From positions 1-64,000 of the forward strand of contig JBMNFY010000011.1 of assembly GCA_050949565.1 (NCBI GenBank): a stretch of 64,000 nt of DNA, given 5' to 3'. Source of the stretch: Kiritimatiellia bacterium. GTDB lineage: Bacteria > Verrucomicrobiota > Kiritimatiellia > RFP12 > UBA1067. Numbering within the stretch: position 1 is the stretch's first letter; each line of letters opens with the position of its first letter. The notes below the pieces were generated by a model. The model was given only the letters and a program-made list of their open reading frames with translations. It made no database searches and was not told the origin of the DNA. Position numbers and translations under genes: made by a program. This document shows, piece by piece, positions 48,920 through 58,720 of the stretch.

Positions 48920-51499
48920 ATGCGCTTGCCGCAAAACAGCACGACAGTTATCCTTACGGGCATGTGTATGGGGAGGACAGGGGAAGTCGCTTCACGACGG
49001 TGCACGCGCTTGAAGGCGTTGGCGCTGCTCTCCGCTTCGCTGATGACGGGTGGCTGGGTTGTGTCCGCCGCGCCTGCGCCGACGGTATGGCTGTGGCACG
49101 AAGAAGGAATGCCGGACAGCCTGCCCGGACTCGCGGAACGCTTGCGCATGGAGGGTTTCGCGCTACAACTCACGGACGGCGCGACGCTCGTAACAAAAGG
49201 CTTGAAGCCGGGTGCACCGGATGTGTTGGTGCTGCCCTACGGCGACCGCTACCCGGCGGCCGTGGCCGCCGCACTTAACACTCCGGCCGCGCGCGGCTGC
49301 GCTCTGGTGGTAACGGGCGGCGAACGGTCGTTCGACCAACCGATCTATTCAACCGCAGCAGGCGCACGAACCCTCACGGCGACGGGTGACGAATTGGCGT
49401 GTCTCGCACAGGATGCGGCATGGAATCGACCGCTGGCTGGACCGGATGACCGCGTGCGCACAGAAGTCGTCGGCAACGCCGTGCGCGTGACGCTGGGGCT
49501 GGCCGCCTATGCGTACGCCGGGATCGATCTGCCGCCGATGGACGCTGCCGACGCCGTGCTCGAACTTGAGTTGCGGGGCAAGCCGCCAGTGCAACGTCTT
49601 TCGCTGGACCTCCACGAAAAAGACGGAACCCGCTGGAAACAGATTGTGCCCGTATCGCCGGAGTGGACACGCCACCGCGTTCATTTCGCGCAGTTCCTGC
49701 CGTACGCCTCGCCCCGCGCCGCCGGACGCGAGGGGCCATCGCCAACGCATGTGACAAGGCTCTCTGTCGGCTCGACGCATACGATGGCAGGGCGTAAGGA
49801 CGACTGCGTTTTCGAACTGCGCGGTGTGCGTGTGTTGCGTGCGCAGGTCACGACGGCGCAGGTCGCCGCCACACCGCCGTTCGTCGATGCGAACCTCTCG
49901 GTGGCGCATTGGTTCGGCGCGCAGCATGTCGGTGAATCGCGCAGCAAGCCCGCGCCGCAGTTACGTGACGGCATGCGACGTGCGCAAGCGGAGACGCCGT
50001 TCCTGTATGCGCACACCGCTCCGCTCCAAGGATCACGCTGGGCGGTATTCGATCTCGCGGCGGTCTCAGCGGAGCGGCGTGAAACTGATGCTGACCGTGT
50101 CGTACAGGCGGTCAGGGCGTTGGCTACGGGGGTCTGGCAACAGACACCGCGCCCCCGTTTCCGCGCCGCAGAAGATCGCGTGGTGATGGATGTCTGTCTG
50201 CCGCTGATGAATCCCGGCACCGCGCAGGCAACCGTGACGGCGACGTTGCACATGGGCGGTACCGAGCCGATTTCGCGTACGTTCACGCTGCCGCCGCGCC
50301 AAAGCAAGACGATCGATATGATTTTGGCAGAGGGCATCGCGGCACCGCTCCTGACGCAAACGCCGCTCGATCTGCGTGTGGAGACGCGCGCCTCGACTGG
50401 GCCGGTTGTGGGGGACGCGCGTTTCCGTTTCGACGCCCGCGCCGCGTTGCGCGGCATCTGCGACACCATGCTGGCGCACGCCAAGGAAGACGGCCGTCTG
50501 CACGGCTACTCGTTTATCGACAACCGCGGCATCCGTGTCCTGCTGGGTGGATACGAGATCTTTGGCGACAGCCGCTACCGAGATGCCGCCCTGCGATGGG
50601 GTATGACCCAACTGACCGAGCAACGCGAAGACGGCGGATACCGCATGGGCTACGGCATTACATCCAAGGGCGAAGAGTGTTATGTTGCGGACGGCGGGGA
50701 GATCGTCGTCGGTATCCTACGGCTGGCGGCCTACGCTGAACCCGACTTGCGCGAACGTCTGCTCGCCAGTGCGGACCGCTACATGCGTTACCGCGAGTCG
50801 TTCCGCGTGGCCGAGGGCGGTATCGGCGTCGGCTGGTGCCTGTTCGATTACGGGCAGCGACCGCCCACGCCCCTGAACACGCCGACGCGCATCTACGCCC
50901 CGGAGCGCAACACCTACACGATCGGTTGCTCGTTGGCCGGAGCCTACGGACACGCCGCGTTGCGCGGACAGCCCGACCTCTTCCGACAAGCCGCTGCCGA
51001 TGCCGACTGGCTGATGCCGCGGACCAGCAAACTGAACGGGGCCTTTATCGAGAGCTTCGTATTCGCGCACGCTTTCGCCGTGACCCCGGAAAGACGCAAA
51101 CTCTACGCGGATTACCTGCACTCGGCTTTTCTTGATCCGATGCTGAGCGCGGCCAACAAAGAGCGGACATGGTGGTTCGACGGCCAAGGACGCCATGCCC
51201 TAAATCTCTTCGGTCTGGTATACTGTGCACACCGGCTGGAAGAGCGAGCGGAGTTGACCGCCGAGATTTATCGCGCACTGTGTGCGATGTTTTCGTCGGA
51301 CGCGCCGCGATCGATCCCCGAAATTCTCGCTGGACAACAGTTGAGACAACCGGAATGGCTGGCCATCAGCTACGGCACGCTGGGGCTGGTCGATGCCGTG
51401 TCGCCACTGGCAAGTATGGCGCGATGGACGGATGGTCCGCCTCGTGAAACCTCTCGCAAGACAGATCACAAAAAACACCAACAAAAGGACAAATCATGA
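48920..51499 (+). CDS. Large secreted hypothetical protein (CBM-like domain plus helical catalytic-like domain); real start probably downstream
   Basis: Signal-like ALALLSASL; L.E.DG.RW...V...W......F..F CBM-like pattern; QREDGGYRMGYG, YVADGGEI. Confidence 0.7.
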   Translation: MRLPQNSTTVILTGMCMGRTGEVASRRCTRLKALALLSASLMTGGWVVSAAPAPTVWLWHEEGMPDSLPGLAERLRMEGFALQLTDGATLVTKGLKPGAPDVLVLPYGDRYPAAVAAALNTPAARGCALVVTGGERSFDQPIYSTAAGARTLTATGDELACLAQDAAWNRPLAGPDDRVRTEVVGNAVRVTLGLAAYAYAGIDLPPMDAADAVLELELRGKPPVQRLSLDLHEKDGTRWKQIVPVSPEWTRHRVHFAQFLPYASPRAAGREGPSPTHVTRLSVGSTHTMAGRKDDCVFELRGVRVLRAQVTTAQVAATPPFVDANLSVAHWFGAQHVGESRSKPAPQLRDGMRRAQAETPFLYAHTAPLQGSRWAVFDLAAVSAERRETDADRVVQAVRALATGVWQQTPRPRFRAAEDRVVMDVCLPLMNPGTAQATVTATLHMGGTEPISRTFTLPPRQSKTIDMILAEGIAAPLLTQTPLDLRVETRASTGPVVGDARFRFDARAALRGICDTMLAHAKEDGRLHGYSFIDNRGIRVLLGGYEIFGDSRYRDAALRWGMTQLTEQREDGGYRMGYGITSKGEECYVADGGEIVVGILRLAAYAEPDLRERLLASADRYMRYRESFRVAEGGIGVGWCLFDYGQRPPTPLNTPTRIYAPERNTYTIGCSLAGAYGHAALRGQPDLFRQAAADADWLMPRTSKLNGAFIESFVFAHAFAVTPERRKLYADYLHSAFLDPMLSAANKERTWWFDGQGRHALNLFGLVYCAHRLEERAELTAEIYRALCAMFSSDAPRSIPEILAGQQLRQPEWLAISYGTLGLVDAVSPLASMARWTDGPPRETSRKTDHKKHQQKDKS

Positions 51500-52842
51500 A
51501 ACGACTGATGATTGCGGCGGCGGCCGCATGTCTCTCTCTCTCACTGTGTTCGTCGGTACATGCCCGACTGATCGACACGGTCCCTATGATCGTGCGCGCG
51601 GACAATGACGCCACCATAACGCTGACCTTTGAAAATGAACCGCTGCTCGCCAAGCCGGATGACGTGCAGGCGGAATACGTCTGCGCGGACGGACTCGACG
51701 CCAACGGCGTGCCGCTCGGCTACGGACGTTTTCAGGCGATACCGTGCGAGATCCGCGACAACACGCTGACGGTAACCGTCCGCTTCCGTGGCGAAACCCA
51801 ACACACCATCCGGGTCATTCAAAAAAGTTCCAATCCCAAAAAGCCCAAGGTGCTGGGCGTGGCCCAGCTCTACTCGCTGCGCCCAGACTACTTCGCCCTG
51901 CGGCCTTATCGGGGCGACATGCACATGCACAGCAAATTCTCGGACGGCAACAAGAACGAATCGCCGGCCCTGATGGTCGCCACCTGCCGCAAACTCGGAC
52001 AGGACTTCGCCATCGAGACCGACCACCACGCCTATGCCGGCTCGCTGGATGCCATCGCGGCGTTTTCAAAACTCCCGACGGACATGAAGACATTCCCCGG
52101 AGAAGAGGTACACAGCCCCGGAAACGGCGTGCACATCCTGTCGCTCGGCGCGTCGGAGAGCATGACGGATTGGTTCACGAAATCAAGGGCCGAGTACGAT
52201 CAGGCGGTCGCGGCGGAACGAGCCAAATTGCCGGACACGATCCCCGATAGCTTCAAGCACCAAATCGCCGCCTCGTTCGCGGTTTGGGACAAGATCCGTG
52301 CCTGCGGCGGCATCGCCGTGTTTTGCCACCCCTACTGGCGGCCAGCCTACCGGCAGTACGTCCCTGCCATCGTCTCCGACTACCTGTTGGAAACGGCGAA
52401 GTTTGACGCGATGGAAGTGCTCAATTGCGACAGTAGCGAACTCAGCATCCTCCACTACAACGAACTGCGTGCACAAGGCAAAAAGATCGCTGGCATCGGT
52501 GTCACCGACGCCCACGCATCCAAGAACTTGGGGGTCGCCTACACCTTGGTTCTGGCTGAGCAATTGGACTTCCCGTCGCTGGCCAAGAACATCCGCCTGC
52601 GTAACTGTGCGGCGGTGGATATCGACCCCGTTTCAAAACGGCAAACCGTCACCGGCGAGTTCCGTTTCTCCCGTTACGCCCTCTTCCTGCTCAAGCATTT
52701 CTTCCCGCTTCAGGATGACATCTGCCGTAAGGAAGGCGAGTGGCTGCTGAAGGCGCTTGAAGGTGACGAGCAGGCCATCGCCTCGTTGAAGGCATCGCAA
52801 GGAACGACACCCGCGCTCAGGGTCAAGTATTGGCAGAAATGA
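51496..52842 (+). CDS. Secreted PHP-domain metallophosphoesterase-like protein
   Basis: GDMHMHS..SDG, TDH, GEEVH, CHPYW, TDAH. Confidence 0.88.
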   Translation: MKRLMIAAAAACLSLSLCSSVHARLIDTVPMIVRADNDATITLTFENEPLLAKPDDVQAEYVCADGLDANGVPLGYGRFQAIPCEIRDNTLTVTVRFRGETQHTIRVIQKSSNPKKPKVLGVAQLYSLRPDYFALRPYRGDMHMHSKFSDGNKNESPALMVATCRKLGQDFAIETDHHAYAGSLDAIAAFSKLPTDMKTFPGEEVHSPGNGVHILSLGASESMTDWFTKSRAEYDQAVAAERAKLPDTIPDSFKHQIAASFAVWDKIRACGGIAVFCHPYWRPAYRQYVPAIVSDYLLETAKFDAMEVLNCDSSELSILHYNELRAQGKKIAGIGVTDAHASKNLGVAYTLVLAEQLDFPSLAKNIRLRNCAAVDIDPVSKRQTVTGEFRFSRYALFLLKHFFPLQDDICRKEGEWLLKALEGDEQAIASLKASQGTTPALRVKYWQK

Positions 52843-52859
52843 TCGCATGGCAGTTAGCA

Positions 52860-52960
52860 TTTAGGAGTTAGGATTTAGGAGTTTTTCAGGATCGGGATCG
52901 GGATCGCTATCGGGATCGTTCTTCATGGATATTGTGGACTTCGTGGACGTTGTGGACACG
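52860..52960. repeat. TTAGGA(G/T), ATCGGG and (A/G)TGGA(C/T)NNN periodic modules
   Basis: Same ATCGGGATCGGGATCGCTATCGGGATCG string as in MITE-B. Confidence 0.8.
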
Positions 52961-55900
52961 CAACAGAGTGACTACAAGGCTGTACCGCGCACACGAGGCG
53001 TGTGCCTCCTGTTGGTGATCGTAAGCACCGGCGCGGCGGTTTTCGCCGCGCCGGGCGGACGCTGGACGTTTGACGGCTCGCCGGCGGACAGCAGCGGCAA
53101 CGGCCTGCACGCGAAGATAACGGGCACGCCGCAGTACGTGGCGGCGCGGGACGGTCAGGCGCTGCGATTGGAAGGGAGCGCGGCAACCATCCCCGACGCG
53201 CCCGGTCTGCGGCTCGCGCGCGGTATGCGCATCGAAACGCGCGTGCGCTTTGACGCGCTGGCGGACGGCAACGCTTGGATTGATGTCGCCATAAAGGGCA
53301 GCTACAATCACGGCGAGTATATCCTGCGCGTCAATCCCGAATCGGAGGGCCGCCAGTTCGGCTTTTTCGTAAACACCGGTGCCTGGGAGCCGCGCGTTAA
53401 CGGACGCGTCCGCGTGACCACCAATGTCTGGTACGATGTGGCGGCGGGATGGGACGAACAGGGCCTCTGGCTGACGGTGAATGGCGATACGACGCGCACG
53501 GCCCGCAATGGTCTTCCGGTCACCACTTGGGGGCCGTTACGCGTCGGCCCGTTTCACGGCGCGATCGATACGCTGAGCGTCCAGCGCACGGACGACGGTT
53601 TGCAAGGGATCGGCCTCTGGCCATTCGAGGGCGACTTGCGCGACCGCACGGAACATGGACGCCACTGGCGTGCCGACGGTGCTACCTTCGTGTCTGCGGA
53701 ACACGGCGGCTTAGCATTGAACGCAACCTCCGCCGCACCCGAATTGCCCAGTCACGCCGACCTGCAACTTGCAGCGGGGCTCCGGCTCGACTGCGCGGTG
53801 CTATTCAACGACATACCGACCAACATCACACCGATCGTGATGAAACAGGGCGAGTACATGCTGCGCCTCGATGCGCAATCAGAGGGCGGGCTTCTTGCGT
53901 TTTTTGTCAACCTCGATGGCAAGTGGGAGTCGCGTGTGCGGAGCGTGCAGCGTCCCGAGCCCGGTGTCTGGTATTACGTTTCCGCAAACTGGAATGGCTT
54001 TGAGCTTATGCTGGATGTCAACGGCGAACGCAACCAAGTCACGCGCGTGGGCGTGCCCCGCCCCGGCTCGGCACCGCTCAAACTCGGGCGGTTCAACGGC
54101 GCGATCGACAACCTGCATATTGAGAATCCCCGGCCAGCCGTGGTGCGGCTACGCAACCTCACGACGCATGCTGTCCTGCTGCATGCCGGACAGCCGGTCC
54201 GAGTGAGTGCCGAGGTGGTCCACTATGCCCAAGCCGTCACGGGTTGCGTTGCGACACTCGATCTGCCGACCGGCGTGACCTGCGACACGCCGGTGTCCGT
54301 ACCGCTCGCACTGCTTGCCCCAACCGAGGCGCAGACCGTAGAATGGACGTTGCGCGCGAATACCGGCCAAGTCGCCACAGCGACGTTCCGGCTGGTCGCC
54401 AACGGCGAGACCCTGCATCAGGCCAAGAAAACACTGCCCTTTTTCGGTGCCGCTGACCGTGCACTCGGGACTGGCGTATGGACACCGCCGCCGCGTCCGA
54501 CCGATACGCAGGCCGCAACCTATTACGTGGACAGTGTATATGGCGACAATGCCAACGCCGGCACGTCACCCACAGCCGCGTGGCGCGATTTCACGCCGGT
54601 CAACGGGCGCACGCTCGGTCCCGGTGAACGCCTACTGCTGCGCCGTGGCAGCGTGTTCAATCAGGAACTCAGACTCTCGGCGCGTGGCACACCTGAAGTG
54701 TGGGCCGAGATCGGCAGCTACGGCGAGGGCGCACGACCGGTCATCCGCCGCAACTGGGATATCGATGATCGTTGCGCGTTGATCGAGAGCCCCGACTATC
54801 TGGCCGTCCGCGGCCTGACAGTCTGTTTTGCGGGCAAGGGCTTCGTGGTCCACTACGCGCACAGCGGACATCGCGGCCTGCTGATCGAAGATTGTGTGGC
54901 GCACCACATCGAGGGCCTTTACCGCCACAACAGCCACGGCATCCCCGAGTGGCTCCACCGGCGCGGCGCACCCGGCGACAGCGCGCGATCATGCGGGTTC
55001 GGCGTCAGCGGCTCGGCAGCATCCATGTTGGTGATCCGCGACTGTGAGATGTTCCAATGTTCCAGTGGCTTTTTCTTCGCTGGGCACGATGTCACCATCG
55101 ACCGTGTCTTCTGTCACGACAACTTCACGCACAATACATCGCCGCATCCGTTTCTGGTGTCGGTCTGGCGGGCGTATCTGCAGAACAGCGTGTTCGACGC
55201 GGCGGGCTGGCATGCTTACGCCGGCACCATGGGGATCATGCTGGGCAACCAGAACGGACTGATCATCCGCAACTGCCACTTCCTCAACCAGCCGGACTCC
55301 GGTTCGCACGACGAAGGCGGCGTCGACTTCGAGGCGGGCGGCGACGGCTGCCTGATCGACCACTGCACCTTCCGCAACAACGCCGGCGCGGCGATCGAAG
55401 TACTTGGATTGAAATCACCCCAGGCGCGTAATGTCGAGATCGCGAATTCGCGCTTCATCCGCAACAACGTCGCCAACAAACTCGGCCCTTCGGAAATTTT
55501 CATCTGGGGCGGCAACCGCGACCCCGAAGTCTGCTGTAGCACGGGAACCATCCGCGACAACGGCTACGTGCTCACGCCCGGCGTACTGTTCTTCACCAAC
55601 CAGGCCCCCGCGTTGACCCGCTGGACCTTGACGAACAACACCCAGTACGCCACCAGCGAAGAACTGGAGCGCGCCATGCCGTTCAACGATCCGCCGCGAG
55701 TGAATGCCGGTCGCGAAATCTGGACCGATCAGCCGCAGGTGCGCCTGACCGGCTCGGTCACAGATGATGCGCGCCCCGCGCCCGCACGGCTCGCCGTGCG
55801 CTGGGAGTTATTGCACGGCCCCGGCACGGTGGTGTTCGATGATCCGTCCGCGGCTGTCACCGATGCGCGTTTCTCCGCGCCCGGAGATTATCTGCTCCGT

Positions 55901-56470
55901 CTGGTGGCGGATGACGGCGAGCTGTGGCGCAGCGCCCTGACCACCGTGCATCTCCTGCCGCCGCGTACTACAGTGGCGCGTGCGTGGACCTTTGAAACGA
56001 CACACGACAAGGAGGGGTGGAGCGACTGGGATCTCGGCACGAGCGACCAAGACTGGCGTGACCAAAAATGGGCCTGCATCTCGCGACCGGTCAAACACGT
56101 CGCCGGCGGCTTTTACTCCGTAGCGGTCGAAAAGAGTGCCGGGGCGTACCTGCTCTCAGCCGACGCACTTAACGTGCCGCTCGCTTCCGCACCGCGCTTC
56201 ACGATCCGCATGCAGAACCGCACCGGCGCGACGAGCATGCGCCTACGCTTCACCACCGATACCGAACCGTCATGGGAAGCGAACCTCGGCATACGTTTCG
56301 CCGTGAACAACTATGATCCCTCGCCGCACCTCTACACGGTAGAGATGAGCGCGGTTGACGGTTGGCGCGGAACGCTCAAGCAGCTCAGGCTCGAACTCAC
56401 CGACGGCACACCCATCACCGGCTCCTGCCGTATCGACTACATCTGGCTGGGCGGCTCTGCCCAGCCCTAG
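52925..56470 (+). CDS. Secreted LamG x2 + parallel beta-helix + PKD-like protein (probable glycan lyase/hydrolase); real start likely ~53000
   Basis: W.FDG...DSSGNG, F.GAID.L LamG motifs; YYVDS..G.N.NAGTSP..AW; LL.RGS.F; VTDD..P...L...W....GPG. Confidence 0.82.
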   Translation: MDIVDFVDVVDTQQSDYKAVPRTRGVCLLLVIVSTGAAVFAAPGGRWTFDGSPADSSGNGLHAKITGTPQYVAARDGQALRLEGSAATIPDAPGLRLARGMRIETRVRFDALADGNAWIDVAIKGSYNHGEYILRVNPESEGRQFGFFVNTGAWEPRVNGRVRVTTNVWYDVAAGWDEQGLWLTVNGDTTRTARNGLPVTTWGPLRVGPFHGAIDTLSVQRTDDGLQGIGLWPFEGDLRDRTEHGRHWRADGATFVSAEHGGLALNATSAAPELPSHADLQLAAGLRLDCAVLFNDIPTNITPIVMKQGEYMLRLDAQSEGGLLAFFVNLDGKWESRVRSVQRPEPGVWYYVSANWNGFELMLDVNGERNQVTRVGVPRPGSAPLKLGRFNGAIDNLHIENPRPAVVRLRNLTTHAVLLHAGQPVRVSAEVVHYAQAVTGCVATLDLPTGVTCDTPVSVPLALLAPTEAQTVEWTLRANTGQVATATFRLVANGETLHQAKKTLPFFGAADRALGTGVWTPPPRPTDTQAATYYVDSVYGDNANAGTSPTAAWRDFTPVNGRTLGPGERLLLRRGSVFNQELRLSARGTPEVWAEIGSYGEGARPVIRRNWDIDDRCALIESPDYLAVRGLTVCFAGKGFVVHYAHSGHRGLLIEDCVAHHIEGLYRHNSHGIPEWLHRRGAPGDSARSCGFGVSGSAASMLVIRDCEMFQCSSGFFFAGHDVTIDRVFCHDNFTHNTSPHPFLVSVWRAYLQNSVFDAAGWHAYAGTMGIMLGNQNGLIIRNCHFLNQPDSGSHDEGGVDFEAGGDGCLIDHCTFRNNAGAAIEVLGLKSPQARNVEIANSRFIRNNVANKLGPSEIFIWGGNRDPEVCCSTGTIRDNGYVLTPGVLFFTNQAPALTRWTLTNNTQYATSEELERAMPFNDPPRVNAGREIWTDQPQVRLTGSVTDDARPAPARLAVRWELLHGPGTVVFDDPSAAVTDARFSAPGDYLLRLVADDGELWRSALTTVHLLPPRTTVARAWTFETTHDKEGWSDWDLGTSDQDWRDQKWACISRPVKHVAGGFYSVAVEKSAGAYLLSADALNVPLASAPRFTIRMQNRTGATSMRLRFTTDTEPSWEANLGIRFAVNNYDPSPHLYTVEMSAVDGWRGTLKQLRLELTDGTPITGSCRIDYIWLGGSAQP

Positions 56471-56552
56471 CGATTTTGCACACACAGCCAAACTTTTGCA
56501 TGTTTTCTGCGAAAACAGTTGCATGGATGCCAAAACATGCTACTCTAGTTCC

Positions 56553-57887
56553 ATGATTATTCAATTTTCCGTTTCGAACTACCGGTGTTTTCGGGAGTTT
56601 CAGACGCTTAATCTGACGGCAAGCAGTGATAAGTCGTTACCTGACAACTGTATTGTCACATCGCTGGCGGGACGCCCCGAAAGACGTTGGCTCAAAGGCG
56701 CTGCGATTTATGGCGCGAACGCGAGCGGTAAGTCAACGGTTCTGAATGCTTTGAAGGCACTGGCAGGAATGGTCATCCACTCCGCAAAGATCACGGATGC
56801 CACGGAACCGATCAGGCAGATTGATCCATTTGCTCTGTGTCCCGATCATCCCGAAGTCCCTACAGCCTTCGGGGTTGTGTTTGTTGTCGATGACACGCGA
56901 TATGAATACCGAGTGGCGGCCACGCGCAAACGTATCTGGCACGAATCGTTGCGGGCGTTTCCCAGCGCTCGCGCACAGACGTGGTATGCTCGTGACTGGA
57001 GTCCGGAATCCGCCTCCTATGTCTGGACGCCGGAACGGCCGACGGGATTTCAGCGCGATCCTCAACTGGAGAGCTATACACTGAGCAACATGCTGTTCCT
57101 GTCAAAAGCGGTAGCCAACAACCGTGCAGAGTTGGAGCCGATCTTCCGTTGGTTTAAAGAAAATTTGGTTTTCTTGGACATGAGTGCGCGGAGCCACCTG
57201 TCACTTGACTACACACTCAATCAGATCGAGCAACAAGGCGAATATTGTGCGTCAATCAAAGAACTGTTACGCCATGCGGACATCGGCGTAACCGGTGTGG
57301 AAACAATTGAGGACGGTTCTCCTGAAAAGGTCGAAAAACTATTCGCTGATGTCCCCGTAGAAATCCAAAAGCGTTTTATCAAAGAAACGTGGTTACGCCC
57401 TTCGTTGATACACGCAGGAATGACGCCTGTTCAGATTCCTTTGCCATGGGAGACCGAATCGGCGGGCACTCGCCGTTTGTTTGCACTGGCGGGGCCGTGG
57501 CTGGATATTCTTAACCGAGGGAAGGTAGTCTGCATCGACGAGTTGGAGACCAGCATGCACCCGCACATGGTGCGGGAACTGCTACGGCTGTTTTTCGATC
57601 CAGCCGTTAATACCGGTGGTGCGCAAGTGATCTTCACGACCCACAATCCGCTCTTGCTCGACACAACCCTGTTGCGCCGCGACCAAGTGTGGTTCACCGA
57701 CAAGGATAACAAAGGCGCAGCTCACCTCTATCCCCTGACCGACTATAGTCCCCGCAAAGGCGAGTCGCTCGTCCGTGGCTACCTCTCCGGAAGGTACGGA
57801 GCGCTGCCATTCATCCCTGCAGGACTGCTCGATGCAATACCGTCGTACGAGGGGAAAGAGACAACTCCGGAGGTTCCCCATGACTGA
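56553..57887 (+). CDS. AAA_21/ABC-type ATPase (RloA/AbiLi-like)
   Basis: MIIQFSVSNYRCF, IYGANASGKST, ESAGT, IDELE.S.HP, Q.IFTTH, RRDQVWF, YL.GRYGA.P. Confidence 0.92.
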   Translation: MIIQFSVSNYRCFREFQTLNLTASSDKSLPDNCIVTSLAGRPERRWLKGAAIYGANASGKSTVLNALKALAGMVIHSAKITDATEPIRQIDPFALCPDHPEVPTAFGVVFVVDDTRYEYRVAATRKRIWHESLRAFPSARAQTWYARDWSPESASYVWTPERPTGFQRDPQLESYTLSNMLFLSKAVANNRAELEPIFRWFKENLVFLDMSARSHLSLDYTLNQIEQQGEYCASIKELLRHADIGVTGVETIEDGSPEKVEKLFADVPVEIQKRFIKETWLRPSLIHAGMTPVQIPLPWETESAGTRRLFALAGPWLDILNRGKVVCIDELETSMHPHMVRELLRLFFDPAVNTGGAQVIFTTHNPLLLDTTLLRRDQVWFTDKDNKGAAHLYPLTDYSPRKGESLVRGYLSGRYGALPFIPAGLLDAIPSYEGKETTPEVPHD

Positions 57888-58632
57888 CGGTTGCGGTTAT
57901 GATCCGGAATGGTGGAAAATACCCAAGGCGGCAAGTATCGCTCGAAAACGCCGGGCCACCACGTCCCGCGCAACCGCCAAGCCGGGGGACGCTTTTTTGA
58001 TTGTCACCGAAGGACAAGTAACAGAACCAGTCTACTTCAACTGTTTACTGAAAGATCTCCGGTTGCACACTGTTCACGTTAAGGTCATACCCGGTCACAC
58101 TCCCGATCCGCTTCGCGTGATTGATACTGCGGTCGAAGAGGTCAAGGCTCACCAGAAGAAATACAAGAACGGTTTGCTTGCGCAAGATGAGCCGTCAAAA
58201 TTCGATCATGTCTGGGTTGTCATCGACACTGACGTTGCGGTCCGGACGGGGTGTTGGAATGACGTGAAGCAACTCGCGGCTACACAAAAAGTAAAGCTTG
58301 CGCACTCAACACCCTGTTTCGAATACTGGTTGCTTTTGCATCTGTCGTACACGACCCGTGGAGATCTGGTGGATGGCGATGCCGCCAAGCGTGCGGTGGA
58401 AAAGGAGTTGGGCCGGGACTATTCGACAAACGAAAAAGTTGCTCGTGACGTCATGCCGCTATTCATGAATCACTGGCCAGAGGCGGTACGCCATGCGCAA
58501 AGAGTGCGTCAACATCATGCCGATGCCAACACCCCCGAGCCAGCCAATCCATCTACCGAGGTTGATCGCCTCGTCCAAGCGCTGAGTGATTCGAGTCGCT
58601 ACGGTCGACAGGCCGCAATCACAACGGAATAA
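57880..58632 (+). CDS. RloB family protein (AbiLii-like)
   Basis: LIVTEG..TE..YF, VWVVIDTD, S.PCFEYWLLLH, NPST.V..L; overlaps the ATPase stop. Confidence 0.9.
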   Translation: MTDGCGYDPEWWKIPKAASIARKRRATTSRATAKPGDAFLIVTEGQVTEPVYFNCLLKDLRLHTVHVKVIPGHTPDPLRVIDTAVEEVKAHQKKYKNGLLAQDEPSKFDHVWVVIDTDVAVRTGCWNDVKQLAATQKVKLAHSTPCFEYWLLLHLSYTTRGDLVDGDAAKRAVEKELGRDYSTNEKVARDVMPLFMNHWPEAVRHAQRVRQHHADANTPEPANPSTEVDRLVQALSDSSRYGRQAAITTE

Positions 58633-58720
58633 AAACAGCCGCGCAAGCCCCCTTCACACGAAAAGGGCGTAAAACCCGCTCCGTGCCTCATCTTGCTTTT
58701 GAGTGGTCGGAGAGTAACGC

